From Macrostomum lignano (lineage: Eukaryota): a stretch of DNA of 64,000 bases. The DNA lies in contig NIVC01001549.1 of the NCBI GenBank assembly GCA_002269645.1, positions 124,001-188,000 on the forward strand. The letters are read 5' to 3'. Under the pieces are notes generated by a model. The model was not told the DNA's origin and searched no databases. It saw nothing but the letters and a program-made list of their open reading frames with translations. The position numbers were made by a program, and so were the translations under genes. Positions 12,326 to 26,826 of the stretch are shown here, one piece after another (within the stretch, counting starts at the first letter, position 1; each line of letters starts with the position of its first letter).

Positions 12326-15300
12326 GTCAGACAGACAGACAGCTAAGTCTGGTCATCACCTGTGCGCCCAACGCTTGTCCTCGGTCTGCAGGTCGTCACA
12401 GTCGCCGAGCAGCAGGCGCCGCAGCGCAGCCAGACAGTCGTCGGGGCTCGCAAAGTTCCGGTGCGTCCAGACCAGCACGCCAGCGATGAGTCGGCGACTC
12501 TTGCTCTTCAGCTGCCTGCCGCCGCCTCCGCCGCTGGCGCCGCTACCCCCACCAGCGGATTTCGGCAGCTGAACTCGGGAGAGAATGCAGCGCCCCACGG
12601 CACCTCGGGACAAATAGTCGTTGCCGATCAGGGTGGCGCACAGGGGCAGCAGGCTGGGGTTTACCTGACGGATTGTGATTGAGTTGTTGGATTCAGACGG
12701 TTCAGATTGTCATGGCATTTTGGGCGATTCTCATGGATGGTGAAGGTGCGATTCTCATGGTGGTGCAGCGGCGATTCTTACGGGTAGTGAAGGGGCGATT
12801 CTCATGGGTTGTGAAGGGGCGATTCTCATGGGTTGTGAAGGGGCGATTCTCATGGGTTGTGAAGGGGCGATTCTCATGGGTTGTGAAGGGGCGATTCTCA
12901 TGGGTTGTGAAGGGGCGATTCTCATGGGTTGTGAAGGGGCGATTCTCATGGGTTGTGAAGGGGCGATTGTCATGGTGGTGCAGGGGCGATTCTCATGGGT
13001 TGTGAAGGGGCGATTGTCATGGGTTGTGAAGGGGCGATTGTCATGGGTTGTGAAGGGGAGATTGTCATGGGTTGTGAAGGGGAGATTGTCATGGGTTGTG
13101 AAGGGGCGATTCTCATGGGTTGTGAAGGGGCGATTGTCATGGTGGTGCAGGGGCGATTCTCATGGGTTGTGAAGGGGCGATTGTCATGGGTTGTGAAGGG
13201 GAGATTGTCATGGGTTGTGAAGGGGCGATTGTCATGGGTTGTGAAGGGGAGATTGTCATGGGTTGTGAAGGGGAGATTGTCATGGGTTGTGAAGGGGCGA
13301 TTCTCATGGGTTGTGAAGGGGCGATTGTCATGGTGGTGCAGGGGCGATTCTCATGGGTTGTGAAGGGGAGATTGTCATGGGTTGTGAAGGGGAGATTGTC
13401 ATGGGTTGTGAAGGGGCGATTGTCATGGGTTGTGAAGGGGAGATTGTCATGGGTTGTGAAGGGGCGATTGTCATGGGTTGTGAAGGGGCGATTGTCATGG
13501 GTTGTGAAGGGGCGATTGTCATGGGTTGTGAAGGGGCGATTCTCATGGGTTGTGAAGGGGCGATTGTCATGGTGGTGCAGGGGCGATTCTCATGGGTTGT
13601 GAAGGGGCGATTGTCATGGGTTGTGAAGGGGAGATTGTCATGGGTTGTGAAGGGGCGATTGTCATGGGTTGTGAAGGGGAGATTGTCATGGGTTGTGAAG
13701 GGGCGATTCTCTTGGGTTGCGAAGGGGCGATTCTCTTGGGTTGCGAAGGGGCGATTCTCATGGATGGTGAAGGGTCGATTCTCATGGGTAGTGAAGGGGC
13801 GATTCTCATGGATGGTGAAGGGTCGATTCTCATGGGTAGTGAAGGGCGATTGTCATGACAATGATTAAATGCTTAAAAAACAAGTCAGTCGGTGAAAAAA
13901 CAAAGCAGCAGCTACCTTCCTTCGCAGAGCCGGCAGGTAGAAGTCCCTAACCCGGTAGATCTGACAGTCCAGAAACGGTGCGGGCTTCGCCTCATTTTCG
14001 TCCAATAAAGCTTTGGTGAGATGCAGAGTCTTGGTGAGCACCACCCCGCCCGGCAGGTCGTAGATAAGAAAGTCGCTGTCGTTGGTGAGCACGGGGCAGC
14101 CCAGCTGAGCAGCCAGAGAGGCCAGGTGATTATCAGCATCGCCGAATGCGCTCACAATTAAATTAAACTCGAACTCGTCAACCACCGTGCTACGGAAATA
14201 AAATGGGATATATGGAATGGGATCAATCTACATTAGAAATCCCAACCAGAATGGGATCAATCTACATTAGAAATCCCAACCAGAATGGGATCAATCTACA
14301 TTAGAAATCCCAACCAGAATGGGATCAATCTACATCAGAAATCTTAAATCAGAATGGGATCAATCTACATTAGAAATCCCAACCAGAATGGGATCAATCT
14401 ACATTAGAAATCCCAACCAGAATGGGATCAATCTACATTAGAAATCCCAACCAGAATGGGATCAATCTACATTAGAAATCCCAACCAGAATGGGATCAAT
14501 CTACATTAGAAATCCCAACCAGAATGGGATCAATCTACATTAGAAATCCTAACCAGAATGGGATCAATCTACAATAGAAATCCCAACCAGAATGGGATCA
14601 ATCTACATTAGAAATCCCAACCAGGATGGGATCAATCTACAATAGAAATACCAACCAGAATGGGATCAATCTACAATAGAAATACCAACCAGAATGGGAT
14701 CAATCTACAATAGAAATCCCAACCAGAATGGGATCAATCTACATTAGAAATCCCAACCAGGATGGGATCAATCTACATTAGAAATCCCAACCAGGATGGG
14801 ATCAATCTACAATAGAAATACCAACCAGAATGGGATCAATCTACAATAGAAATCCCAACCAGAATGGGATCAATCTACATTAGAAATCCCAACCAGGATG
14901 GGATCAATCTACAATAGAAATACCAACCAGAATGGGATCAATCTACAATAGAAATCCCAACCAGAATGGGATCAATCTACATTAGAAATCCCAACCAGGA
15001 TGGGATCAATCTACAATAGAAATCCCTATTTAAATGGTGAGCGCATCACTCACCTGATGAACACTTCCATAGCCATGACTGGCAGCAGCCGATTGCTATT
15101 ACCCCCAGCATTTTTAGCTTTGGCCCCGCCGCCCCCTCGGTCTAGCTGAACGCATTTCTTTATGCGCTTTTCAATTCGAGCTCGCTGTTCGCGCAGCTTC
15201 GGTCCAGTCCAGTCCTTGGCCCCGTCTAGTACGAATAGCGGCGTGATGCCACACTCCATCATGCTGGAGAATGCTCTCCGCAGCTCTCTGTAGCGGTGAT

Positions 15301-15899
15301 AGCCAGTTTAAGTGGCTATACATAGTTAAACATCTAAATAATGTATATTCCTACAATTACTTAACATCTTAACATACTTTTTACCTACCTATAGACTATC
15401 AAATAACTTAAGCTAGATCCTCATACCTAACTAGCTAATCCCCTTAACTGGATTACCTTAGATCCTCATATCTAACTAGCTTATCCCCTTACCTGGATTA
15501 CCTTAGATCCTCATATCTAAATCCTCATATCTATATATCTAACCAGCTTATCCCTACCTGGATTACCTCAAATCCTCATATCTAACCAGCTATTCCCTAC
15601 CTGGATTACCTAAAATCCTCATATCTAACTAGCTAATCCCTATCTAGATTACCTCAAATACTCATATCTAACCAGCTAATATCTACCTATATATATATCA
15701 ATATATCATGGTCAGGGCAGATTTCTTACCTGACATACTGACCATATTCTCCAGCAAAAAGATATTCAATATTGTGCAGGTGATACAAATGATGTGCTAA
15801 ATTGGAGGCATCAATCACTAGGTAACAGTTGCGCAGCCGATGCCTATGCAAATTATTTCTATACTGTAGCATATATGTTTGAAGACCTTGTACACCCAT
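8716..15899 (-). CDS. ASTE1: Asteroid homolog (PIN/XPG-fold nuclease family), multi-exon
   Basis: Exon 1 (15899-15730): MGVQGLQTY...LVIDASNL...GEYGQY. Exon 2 (15287-15054): [10 protein letters not shown]. Exon near 13.9-14.2 kb: [20 protein letters not shown]. Exon near 11.2-11.5 kb: LPVGIED...LRQAAYSLL. Exon near 9.6-9.8 kb: [13 protein letters not shown]. Last exon 8937-8716 ends in TAA. GT-AG junctions are phase-compatible where checked. Confidence 0.85.
9070..9572. repeat. 33-bp intronic minisatellite (ccaggtattcagacccatccagaccccaaatac)
   Basis: About 15 tandem units in an ASTE1 intron. Confidence 0.95.
9995..11092. repeat. 16-bp intronic minisatellite (gcatgacattcatgac)
   Basis: More than 60 tandem units. 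Confidence 0.95.
11520..11646. repeat. (GTTA)n microsatellite
   Basis: Direct reading. Confidence 0.95.
11910..12342. repeat. (GACA)n microsatellite
   Basis: Direct reading. Confidence 0.95.
12725..13860. repeat. 24-bp minisatellite (gggttgtgaaggggcgattctcat) with periodic 23-bp variants
   Basis: About 45 units; the variant ggtggtgcaggggcgattctcat recurs periodically. Confidence 0.95.
14205..15027. repeat. 34-bp minisatellite (aatgggatcaatctacattagaaatcccaaccag)
   Basis: About 24 units, each with an internal tgggat/atccca inverted repeat. Confidence 0.95.
15415..15690. repeat. Degenerate ~43-bp tandem repeat (ctcatatctaaccagc...)
   Basis: About 6 imperfect units in ASTE1 intron 1. Confidence 0.75.
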
Positions 15900-18087
15900 G
15901 GTTTGTCAATAATCTGAAATGTTTATTGTTTGACACTGAAAAAATGCATTATACAAGAGGTGTCCCAAAAGTTCTTGGTATGTTTGCTCTAGCTCCTCAG
16001 TACCTTGAACAATTTTATGTTTTGCATGTCAAATTAAAGATAATTTTGCAATGAAAAAACTTGTCATTTGATTTCCTTTCTATCTGGTCTCAGTCAAGAG
16101 TTATAGCAGGAAATGTGAGGGAAGGTCAGTACTAGTGTTACACAACTTTTAATGTCTGTGGTGTCCTGTTTCTATCATTAATTTGTTTGCCAAAATTAAC
16201 TTTGAATTTGTCAGAAAGATGTGGAAATGTCTATGGATGAAACCAGTAAAATTTCTGATCAGATCTAATGGCATTGTCAGCATTTGCTTATTCCATACTC
16301 AAGTGCTTGCTTTTGGCTAGACTTGAAGATAAGTTTTCTCTATAGCTTTGAAAGTCAGCTGCTGGTCATTCAAGTGGACTGGCCATCCTTGAACCATTGG
16401 ATTTATCTGTTAATACAAATAATAGCTGGTTTCTTAAAGCTATTCTCACTTATATTTATAATTACATCTTCTCAATACAAATTGCAAAAGTGTGTAACTT
16501 TTTAGTTTATTATTCTGCATGAATAATAAATTCAGTAATGAAAAAAGCGTACAACTTTGGCCTATAGTTTGGATCGTGTTGGCCTATTAGTGTTCGTTGG
16601 GTCCGGTGGGCGGTGGGGGGAAAACTACAGGACCACGTTTGTACGCCAGGACTAAAAAATGTTTTCAAATATTAGGCTTTTCACGAAGATCGGCTCCAGA
16701 ACCAGACTAATTCCCGATTCCAGAACCAGAATCAGTAGGAAAATGAAAAGCTTCTAACCCCTTTTATGTTTGTCAGTCTTTACAATAAAAAAACAGAGTA
16801 CTAATATATCAATAATAAAAAACTGACGATTTCAAATATAGTTTACTGTTAAAGTGTTAAACATTACAACGGATTGAGGAAATTTCTTGAACTGAATTCC
16901 AGAATCGAGATTCGGGTCACTGTTCTGGAACCGATTCCGAAAACGGTTTCAACCAGTGGCGCTTAAATTCGTTTTGAATCGGCGCCAACAGTTTCTGAGA
17001 ACTTCAGATAAAGGTCCAGATAGTCAAACAAAATCTGGAAATATAGAGAACTATGTCTGTTGAGGTCCTTACTCTCATCAGGGCTAGATTAGATTCTAGC
17101 CGAATGTTATAAGTTAATGCGGTTTCTTAATGCCAGAACTTAGATTAGATTGCATTCGATTCAGAGGCCGCTTTTCATATTACCAATTCCAGAATCAGAA
17201 TCGGTTCGGATCTTCCAAGAAAAACAGCAGTATAACTATTTAATTCTGTTGAATGTTTGACTGCCTTAACAACCTCACTTAGCACAATTTTTCACCTTCT
17301 TCTTGGCGATTGTCATTCAATGATAAAAACTTTATAGCACGTATCTCCCTCTAGTTATGGAGACAAAATGTTATACTTCACAAATTGGTTCTGGTTCTGG
17401 AACCAGAACAAGCAATATGAAAAGTCCCTCAGTCACGGATCGCGTTTTGTTGATTTTAAAAGCCGTTACTGGTTTCTCATTGGCTGTCAGAAGACCCTAT
17501 ATATAGAAATCTTATTTTTTATACCAGTTTGGGATTTCCCCGTTTTCTCTCTTCCTCTCTTTTCATTTTTTCACCCACCTGACTGTCGATAGAACTCGCC
17601 GCCTTCGAATATCTGGAAAGCTGATTAAGCTAGAGACGATTCTTTCTGGGGAAGACACGGACTGACACGCTCTAATGATCTGTAGAATCTCATATTTGAG
17701 TCTACTGATACAGTTTGGAAAATACAAGTTACAGCTCTTGGACTTTTCCTTTTTAAAGACACTAGAATTGCAAAAATCGCCTTGAATAGCTCTGAAACCA
17801 GTTCGATATAGAGACATGATTCTCTATGGCATTGCCCGAAATATTTGTTCATGGCAATGACCTCCGGACAATGACCGGCCATTTTCTGGAGGTAAAAAAA
17901 CAAGACTGGACAACAATACCATAGGCGAAAAAAGTAACACGAAGCGTGAAATTCTTATATTTATTGAAGTCCAACAAAAATGTTCCAACAATAACACTGC
18001 TTAGTCAATTGAGTGCAAGTCTAACCTATGGTCATGTTCTCATCACGACAGCAGGAGAAAGTCCAGAAAATACGACGGTTGAGTCCA

Positions 18088-19568
18088 TTACTCAAATTTG
18101 CAACCATTGAATGAACAGTTGTGGAAACTGTACCTGACCGACGGATTGTCATGACTGATGCCGGTGATCTGCACGGAAGACGACACAGGTACTGGCACCG
18201 GTGAACTCTCACGCAATGGAGTCGCAACAGCTTGTGAAGAACCATTCAAATCAAGTGCCATAGAAACAGCCTCACTGGTAGACTGCAGCGAGCGATCACG
18301 GCGCTTGGACAGGTAACGGCGAGTTGTCCTCTCAGAAACCTGACCGGTTATCGACATGATGTCAGCCAGGTTGTACCCAGCAGCCTCTAGATCAGCAATC
18401 CTGCTCACTCTACAACAGAAATAAAGTATTGCATAGAAAATATGCAACTGGTTTAAAGCAATATGAAGAAAAAGGCTTACCGAATGCAATGATTCGTGTA
18501 CATCTTGGACAAACCGGCCTTCTCGCTCAAGTTTCGCATGAAACGCAGGAAGTAGTTCTCCCCGCGATTCTGCTTTGTTGAGAACATAGGCTGTCCATTG
18601 GAATCCGTGTTGGATAGTGGACGCGGGAACAGATGGTTGTCCTTGGTTGTTGGAGGTAGCAGTTGTAGATATCTCCTCACTTTGGCCGTGTCGTAGATCC
18701 GAGCTTGTTTGTTGTCCGGCCTGGCCTTCGCCTTCACAGGATCGGCTGACTTATTCTTCGTTGGCAGAGCAGGAAGACAGTAGTACTCCTTGCCGTCAGA
18801 ATCCGTGTGCAATTCAAGCGAGTCCCTTTGTCTCAGGAACTTCAGATGCTCCTGGCCACGCTCTCCAAAGGAGTAAAGAACATAGAACAGAAATTTAGCC
18901 TGCTCGATTTCAGCCGTAGTCCCTTCAAAGTAGCACCGCAACTTCTGCATGTCGCCTTCTTCAATTGGTTCATACTGCCTGGTGCAGCCACCATCTCGAT
19001 GGAAATCACGAACCTTGACACGCAGCATCTCGTTGCAGGAATTGAATTCCTCACCACCGATTATATCAACAGGCAGCTTCAGAACCATGCGTAGGAAACG
19101 CTGAATTCCAGCCCGGATACAGATGAGAGAGGCCGGCGAGTAGAACGAGCCATCCTGTTTCTTCAGCTTGAAGTAGAAGTACCGAAGATATTGGTTCAAT
19201 GTAGGATTGTTGACATGCTGAATGTTGCGCAGATTCTCCCCTTCCAGGAAGTCTCGAAAACGTTGGCCATGCTGGTACATCTGCTTCCGAGTATCCTCAG
19301 GCAGACTCTCGATCTCGATTCTGTCCATCTCGGAAACGTCTATCTTTTCATCTCCATCGATCATTGGCAGCCCAGTATCAGCTGGACCATTTTGGACATA
19401 CTTCAGGAACGCATCGAAATCTTCGTCGTGCCGATCAACGGCAGAGGATTCCGAGAGGAAGTTCAGTTCATCCTGCGTGATGTTGCCGAGGTCCTCACAC
19501 GGGAGGTTACCCCAATTAATATAATGTATTATCGGTCGCTCATGATGGACAGAAAACTCTTGAATCAA
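18088..19568 (-). mobile_element. Crypton-type (DUF3504-like) tyrosine recombinase gene, spliced
   Basis: Motifs K.DG..Y.P.SL..IRAGIQRFL, FGERG, KNK and YTNHCIR. A 71-nt GT-AG intron (18480-18410) joins in phase to VSRIADL..AGY...IMSITGQ.SE....RY (catalytic Tyr). The 5' end is not resolved. Confidence 0.8.
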
Positions 19569-20216
19569 CAGGTTTGGACAGACTACTTACTGCCTGGGAA
19601 TCCCTCACACAAACCCCTTCACCCCCACTGAAAGTTTTGCCATAGACATTTCAACCCTCCATTCAATCAATAGGATTGTCATTGCCATGAACTCTCCACG
19701 CCTTTTGGCTTTCGTGCCATAGACGTTTGTGCCTCCTCCTTCTGGGCCACTTCGATTCGTGCCATAGATATTTCCTGCAATGAAGTTAACTGGAAGAGAG
19801 AACTCCAGGCAACGGCCAAATTTCCACTCGCGGCTAGCGCCGCTCGTGGCTTTGGCCGTTGCCTGGAGTTCTCTCTTCCAGTTAACCCCCCATTGACAAG
19901 CGCACGCCATTGACTTTCTCGTAAAATATGATTGAATGCTAATGCAAATTAAGTAATTTTAATTCAGCTCAATATTTAATTGAAACAACTTGATTTCAAC
20001 GTAAATGTTTTCCTTGTTTGTCTTGTAATTTGCGGCCGCTTTGAGGCTTTGTCATTTGAGGATTCATCATTGGGCGGGGATGAGGTGGGGAACAGTGGAG
20101 GGGTGTGGGAAACGAAAAAATTAATGAGCTATGTTAGATTGTGTCAGATTTCCCGCGGGTGATCTAATAGATTGCTTGCTTCTTCCCGTGGCCCCTACTG
20201 TACTTTTACTATTAAT

Positions 20217-20745
20217 ATGAAAAGAGGGCAGCATCTTAGCATAGCACAAAAGCTCCAAATAGAACGACTCTTAGAAGGAAAAGTGGGAAAGTTATTAGTG
20301 CACTTTTAAAAGTTGCTCAGCGAAGTGTCCGTTCGCATCTGATTCCTGCAAAGAGGAAATTCGGCAAAAGAACTGGTGGTAAGAAATGGTGTATAAGACA
20401 GCTAGGCTATATTTATTGGCAAGTTAATCAAAGAGACTGATGGTCGAATTTCTGCAAGGGAGCTCTGCTTGAAAACGGAATTAGAGTTTGATATTAAGCT
20501 ATCCATCCGCACAATGAAGAGAATCAGACAAAAGCTCGGTTGGGTTCGAACGCCTACACAATACTGCCAAGTTATTAAGAAAAAACCAACCAGTGAGGTG
20601 TATTTGGAGCATGATGAAGATGCAGTTAAATGACACCTTCAGTGACGTTATATATTCATTGATGAATGCACAGTTGCTATTTCCCGAAAGACGCATCAAA
20701 CTGTGCTCTACCGAAGGTTCAAGTTCCAAAGCATCCTTTGCAGGT
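20217..20745 (+). pseudogene. Degenerate Tc1/IS630-like transposase fragment
   Basis: Frameshifted SARELC...IRTMKRIRQKLGW..T.YCQVI and DTFSDVI..DECTV (first D of the DDE triad); contains stops. Confidence 0.6.
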
Positions 20746-20762
20746 AAGAACACACTTATATT

Positions 20763-21993
20763 TTAGTATTTTTTTGCGGCGGAAATGCAAAAGTCGCAAT
20801 TTCTTGATAGGTGGCAGTCTCGAACCTCGCCGAGCAGCTTCCGAGCTTCTTCGTTTAAGGCGCAGATAACCTGGCTTCTGTCTATTGATGGATAGTGCGC
20901 CCGAGTGAGTGTAAGAATTTCAGTAAATACGTGATCTGTGTATTGCTTCTTGCCTTGAGCTCGCACTTTTCCCACAGTCACCTGGAAGCGCAAAAAGCGC
21001 TAGACGAGACAGAAGCTTCGCAAAATACTTCGCGGAATTGCTCCTTGCCCGAAGCAAATGAAGCAAACGAGGATCCAGCGAAGTAGACAAGTCGACTGGT
21101 GAGCAGAAATCATCCATTTTGTCGTACTTTGTTAGCAAATGGCATCCCAGACCGATGTCTTCAACGTTGATGGTTGCTGGCGCCATCTTGGCTCCTCCTT
21201 GCTGTTGCTGCCTTGGTGTACTGACAATGTTGACGCTTGTGCTGCTATGCGCAATAGATGATTCTAGTCGATTTTCAGTCGATTGCTCCGAAGCTTGACG
21301 AAAGATCACGCAGTTTGACTCGCTGTCCGAACTGTTCTCTTCCGCAACCCCTACACGGCTGGCATCTGGATCTGGTTGCCTACTCGTTGCAGCGTCCGCA
21401 AATGCATTTGGCGGAGCAGTGCGCATGGGATTCTGCTTTGATCTGCAGTAAACAGTATTACATGCAGCAGACGCTGTAGCAGCTAGCTTATTACCAATAC
21501 TAGTCTCATCAGATGATGACACCAGCTTAAGAATGTGGAGCTCAAGAAATTCTTGTCCCTTCTTGATCTCTGAAATATCAGCTTTTATCGCCTCGACATT
21601 ATTTCCGATCTCCGTAAGCTTCTCCGCAAGCATTGTGTTTATTAGTCCTGCATCATCAGACCTTGACTTGTTGAAATTAATGATTTTTTCCACACTGCTA
21701 AGCACCTTCGACAGACATGTGTCTTCAGCAGACTGGACGATATCCTGCAGAGCAGGGTCTCTCAGCGCTGTTTGAGCGATTTGGGCAACCTCTGGCTGCT
21801 GCAGATTTGGCTGTACGCGTCTGAGAGTTGTGACAGCAGCGTTTGCAGTCTTGGCAGACCTTTTTACTATCTTCTTTGCCGTAGATGACGCTGACGATAT
21901 GGCTTGCGACCGCCTTTTTCTCGGAATCGAGGCACTTGTGGCAGCTACGGAAGACGGCTGTGCTTCAGATATCCCCTCTTCGGATATTTTCAA
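20763..21993 (-). pseudogene. Coiled-coil plus BEN-domain-like ORF with one frameshift near 20990
   Basis: NSAKYFAKLLSRL (frame A) continues in frame B as VTVGKVRAQGKK...ILTLTRAHYP.....ICALNEEAR, fitting the BEN consensus by eye. Confidence 0.55.
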
Positions 21994-23199
21994 AAAGCCA
22001 CCAGAGTTCTCCGGGTTGTCTCCCGCTTCTTCGCGTCTTGTCTTCTCTCTCTCAATGGCTGTACACCGCGCCGATCGACTAAAATCTTAGTCAAGCTGCC
22101 GGATGTCGCTCTGATTATATAAATCGTATGAGAATGAGTATTTACATTAAGAAAAAATGAAAATCTACCTCTCTACTTTTAAGGCATCATAGCTCGTAGC
22201 TATGAATAGACACAAAATAAAACACAGCATGTAAATTATTAATAAATCAAAGTAAGAGTAGATATGTCACATTATTACGCTCGTATTACACACCTGATGT
22301 GCCAAGGATTTCGACAAGCTGCTTATCTCCATAATAGGATATCTCAAGATGATCTCCAACTTCCGGAACCTCACTTTTCCATTCGATTTTATCCACAAGT
22401 CCGTCAGAATAAAAAAGGACCAGCACCCAAGACACTGAGTGACGAGATTTGCTCTCTGCTGCAGCTTCTCACCCTGGTTGGACTTGGTGAGTTGTGAATT
22501 TTGCAAGTACGCTTTCTATTTGGTAAATTGATTTGCCTAGCGCAATCAGCGGTGAATAAATTGGGATCGAGACGTTTGACAACACGTAATAATGTATAAT
22601 ATGCGATAACAATAAACAATGACTATAGCAATCTACGCCCCTGTTTGGGAGGCAAAAAAGAAAGTAATACATTTTTTAGTTAACTGTGTGTACCATTTGA
22701 CCTCGCAGATTACATGTACGTCACTACTATTGTTAGTTTCTTAGGAAAAAGATGTCTAAAGCAAAAAAGCATCAGCCCTGAATGCCTAAGATATGTATGA
22801 TCCCTTATGAGCCTTTTCATCAAAGCCTCCTTTTATGCCATGGCTTAACCCGACTCTTACTCTCCCTTTGATGCTTGGCTTGCCAACAAGCCAAGTGGAT
22901 TTTCAGTTGATATACTTTTGGTATCTCTGCAAATTTCCCTCCCAGGCCATGAGTGAGCCTACATGTAATTTACTTTTTTATACTGGTGGTTTCTTCACAC
23001 GTTTCTGAATTCTGAATCAACAATCGCATTTCCATGTGTATTGTGTATATTCTGTGGTAAAAGCTATGGGGGAGACATAAATCAATGCTTGTCCTCCCCC
23101 CCATCACCTTGTGACCCGGTATGGAAACAAAAAATTTTGCTTCAGATCACCTGTCTGCAGTGCCAAAATGAATGCCTACGGGGCCAAAAGTAGTATTTC

Positions 23200-24245
<1,046 letters not shown>

Positions 24246-24352
24246 TCCTCAAACAACCAATCAGAATGCTAGGGTAACCCAAGTAAATATCTGTAACCGC
24301 ATTGCTTAACTTCTGTTTTGCGTGACAGCGTAGGTTTGAGATAGGTTTGGCT

Positions 24353-26641
24353 ATGCTCGTATTGCTGGGACGACATGGTTGGCTCTTACTGGTTTTTATC
24401 GGTAAAAGCCGCAAGTCTTAGTCATAGTTAGTGCAACAGAAAACTCATCTTACGAGTATTTAAACAAAAAAGAATTCTAAAAAGAGCCCAGTACAATGCG
24501 CTTAGTTCGAATTTTCACCAGGTTGTTCTTCAACGGTTCCCATGCAGCAACTGCACCAGTCCTGTGAGAGTTGTTGATCGGCTTGACAAGCCAGGCCTCT
24601 CTGGATGGGACCTGACTTCACAGAATACTTCGATAACAATGCATCCAAGTATGAGTCCAACTTGAACCGGGACAGCTCCAGACTTTGGGTCGCGAATACA
24701 CTAATCAGCTTGGGACCCGCGAGCATAAAACTTAAATTCAGTCGCCAAAAGAAGGAGCAATCTTAAATATTCAGCACTTCCCAATTGCAAAGCTTGGATC
24801 CCAAGGTAAATTGGCTCAATCAAAAAATGTCAATAAGAATCTGCAGTTTGCTCAGCTAAACCAGCTGTCTCAACGAAGAGTATCATAATAAAAAATAAAA
24901 AGATTGGTCGTTTGATGTCGGTTAGACAGTTGACGCTAAAATCAAGTGTTGATTGCATCGCTGATCAAAGCATTCTTTAACCTGTAAGCATGAAATTCCA
25001 CTGTTTGGTTTTGAAGGTGACAAAAAACCGGGTTCATAACAAGAATTTCATTTCGTTTTCAGTTGGCAAAAGGCATTGGAGTCCAGATTTCTGCCAACTG
25101 CTCACAGAATCTTCCAGTCGCTGTGGAGGCGGAGAGAACCGGGGGCTTTACAGTTTTGTTAGAAAAACTGGACTTCTTGTTTGGTACGTACGAGTACTTG
25201 TATTGGATGCTTACCACTGTAATGGAGCGCTTTTTTAACATAGGAGCTCGCATATATTTCTACATTGAAAAATCGCACAAACTATTCTCTATCTTGACAA
25301 ATCGCAGATTTAGATCCAGTTTGCCCCAGATACACGAAAGAAAGGCATTGGGAAATGCAGCTCTTTCTGTATAGCCCAACTCGTTTTCGCCGCTTCGGTC
25401 ACATACACGTGTTCTTCTGCGAAACGCCAATTGCTTCCTCACCTGGCCATGACCTGATTGTTCAGCTGAAAATGCACGCCTCCAATGACTATCAGGAGCG
25501 ATTCTGCTATGAAATCAGCTCACTGCTCCATCACCCGAAGCTCAGCTTCATCATTTCTGCACCTCAAAGAGAGAGGGAGACGAAGCTCAGCATCTGCGAC
25601 CACGACATTCCTGGCCGACTGCGACTGCAGGACAGGCTCCGAGTGAGCGAAGGCGAAACGCTGACGGTCGATGTCACCTCGGCGTCGCCAGAAAATCCAC
25701 CAACTGCTGCCGAAGGAGCCAACAGAAACGACTCGGAAGTAGCAAATGCCGAATTCCACGGCTTCCAATACGAAGAGAGGATCGTTGGGTCAATCATCGT
25801 GGACCAAGGTGCATTTCATTGATGTCTCAAACTGCAGCTAAGAGTATGTATAAAAGTGTAGGAATATGACAGGCACGAATGAATGTCAAAACTTTTCACA
25901 CCCAATTGCATTCACACAGTTGAAGTCTGCTCGCGGATCGACAGCTCAAGTAAGCAGTGGCAGCTGAGCGCAGACGGTACACAGCTGCTCACCACTGTGA
26001 CAGTCGCTCCCGACAACACTCAGACTGACTGCAAACTGCAGCTGGATGCCTTCACTGCTGCTCGAATCGCGAACCGCACCAAAGTTGCAAGCACTGCTAC
26101 TGAAATCTCCAAGGTGCCAACCATCAGCTGCTGGAAGCTGGAAGTGAAGCTGGACAAGTTCAGTACGGTGTGCGGACTCAAGCAGCTCATGCTGACTGCG
26201 TCTCACTGGGACTCTCTGGCAGCGTCGGTCGAGCACAGTCAGCGAGAGGTCTGCAGCTCGAACTCGCAGATAAAATTCCGCATTGAGGCCAGCCTGCAAG
26301 CGGCGGACAGCGGAATGAGTCTCGCGTACAGCGGAGTGAGGTCCGGCTTCAGGGCTCGGCTCTCCATCTCGAGCTGCGGTCAGAGCTCTGCTCAGAGTGA
26401 GCAGCTGGTTGAGTCTCCAGGTGGGCGCATCTTTCTGCTGACTGAGGCTTTAATATTTGCTCGATTGTGCCAGGCTCAGTGACCACCCCGTGTTTCGATT
26501 TCAGCAACCTCGGGCTCCGTGTCACCTACACTGATTTCTTTACTGGTGAATCTGATTCTGTGCAACGTTCTTGTTGCATTGTTTGTTTGTCGGGCAAAGC
26601 TTTTCAGTGCTCTGAGGTCGCTTCGAGCTCCACAACCGTAG
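24353..26641 (+). pseudogene. Internally deleted, frameshifted paralog of the multi-CUB membrane-protein gene
   Basis: Signal-like exon MLVLLGRHGWLLLVFI at 24353. Fragment NCTSPVRV...GLSGWDLTS..YFDNNASKYESNLN (~24550-24670) matches 30115-30240. The 24840-24960, 25063-25182, 25355-25807 and 25920-26420 segments match 36.4-38.3 kb exons. The TM exon ends at 26641. Confidence 0.7.
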
Positions 26642-26687
26642 TGATCTCCAAAACTGATTTGCGCACCTGCGCGTGGTCAATTACTCT

Positions 26688-26826
26688 AAGGTGGTCAATC
26701 ACTCTCACGCGGTCAATCACTCTCACGCGGTCAATCACTCTCACGCGGTCAATCACTCTCACGCGGTCAATCACTCTCACGCGGTCAATCACTCTCACGC
26801 GGTCAATCACTCTCACGCGGTCAATA
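26688..26826. repeat. 18-bp tandem repeat (ggtcaatcactctcacgc)
   Basis: About 7-8 copies. Confidence 0.95.

Noticed and set aside
12679-13868. Many overlapping [15 protein letters not shown] ORFs
   Set aside because: 24-bp intronic repeat inside ASTE1.
14205-15027. CRISPR-like 34-bp partly palindromic repeats (also the 33-bp array at 9.1-9.6 kb)
   Set aside because: Units are directly adjacent with no unique spacers, no cas genes, and lie in eukaryotic introns.
16690-17420. Scattered CCAGAACC/GGTTCTGG motifs suggesting transposon subterminal repeats
   Set aside because: No clear TIR, TSD or transposase could be defined.
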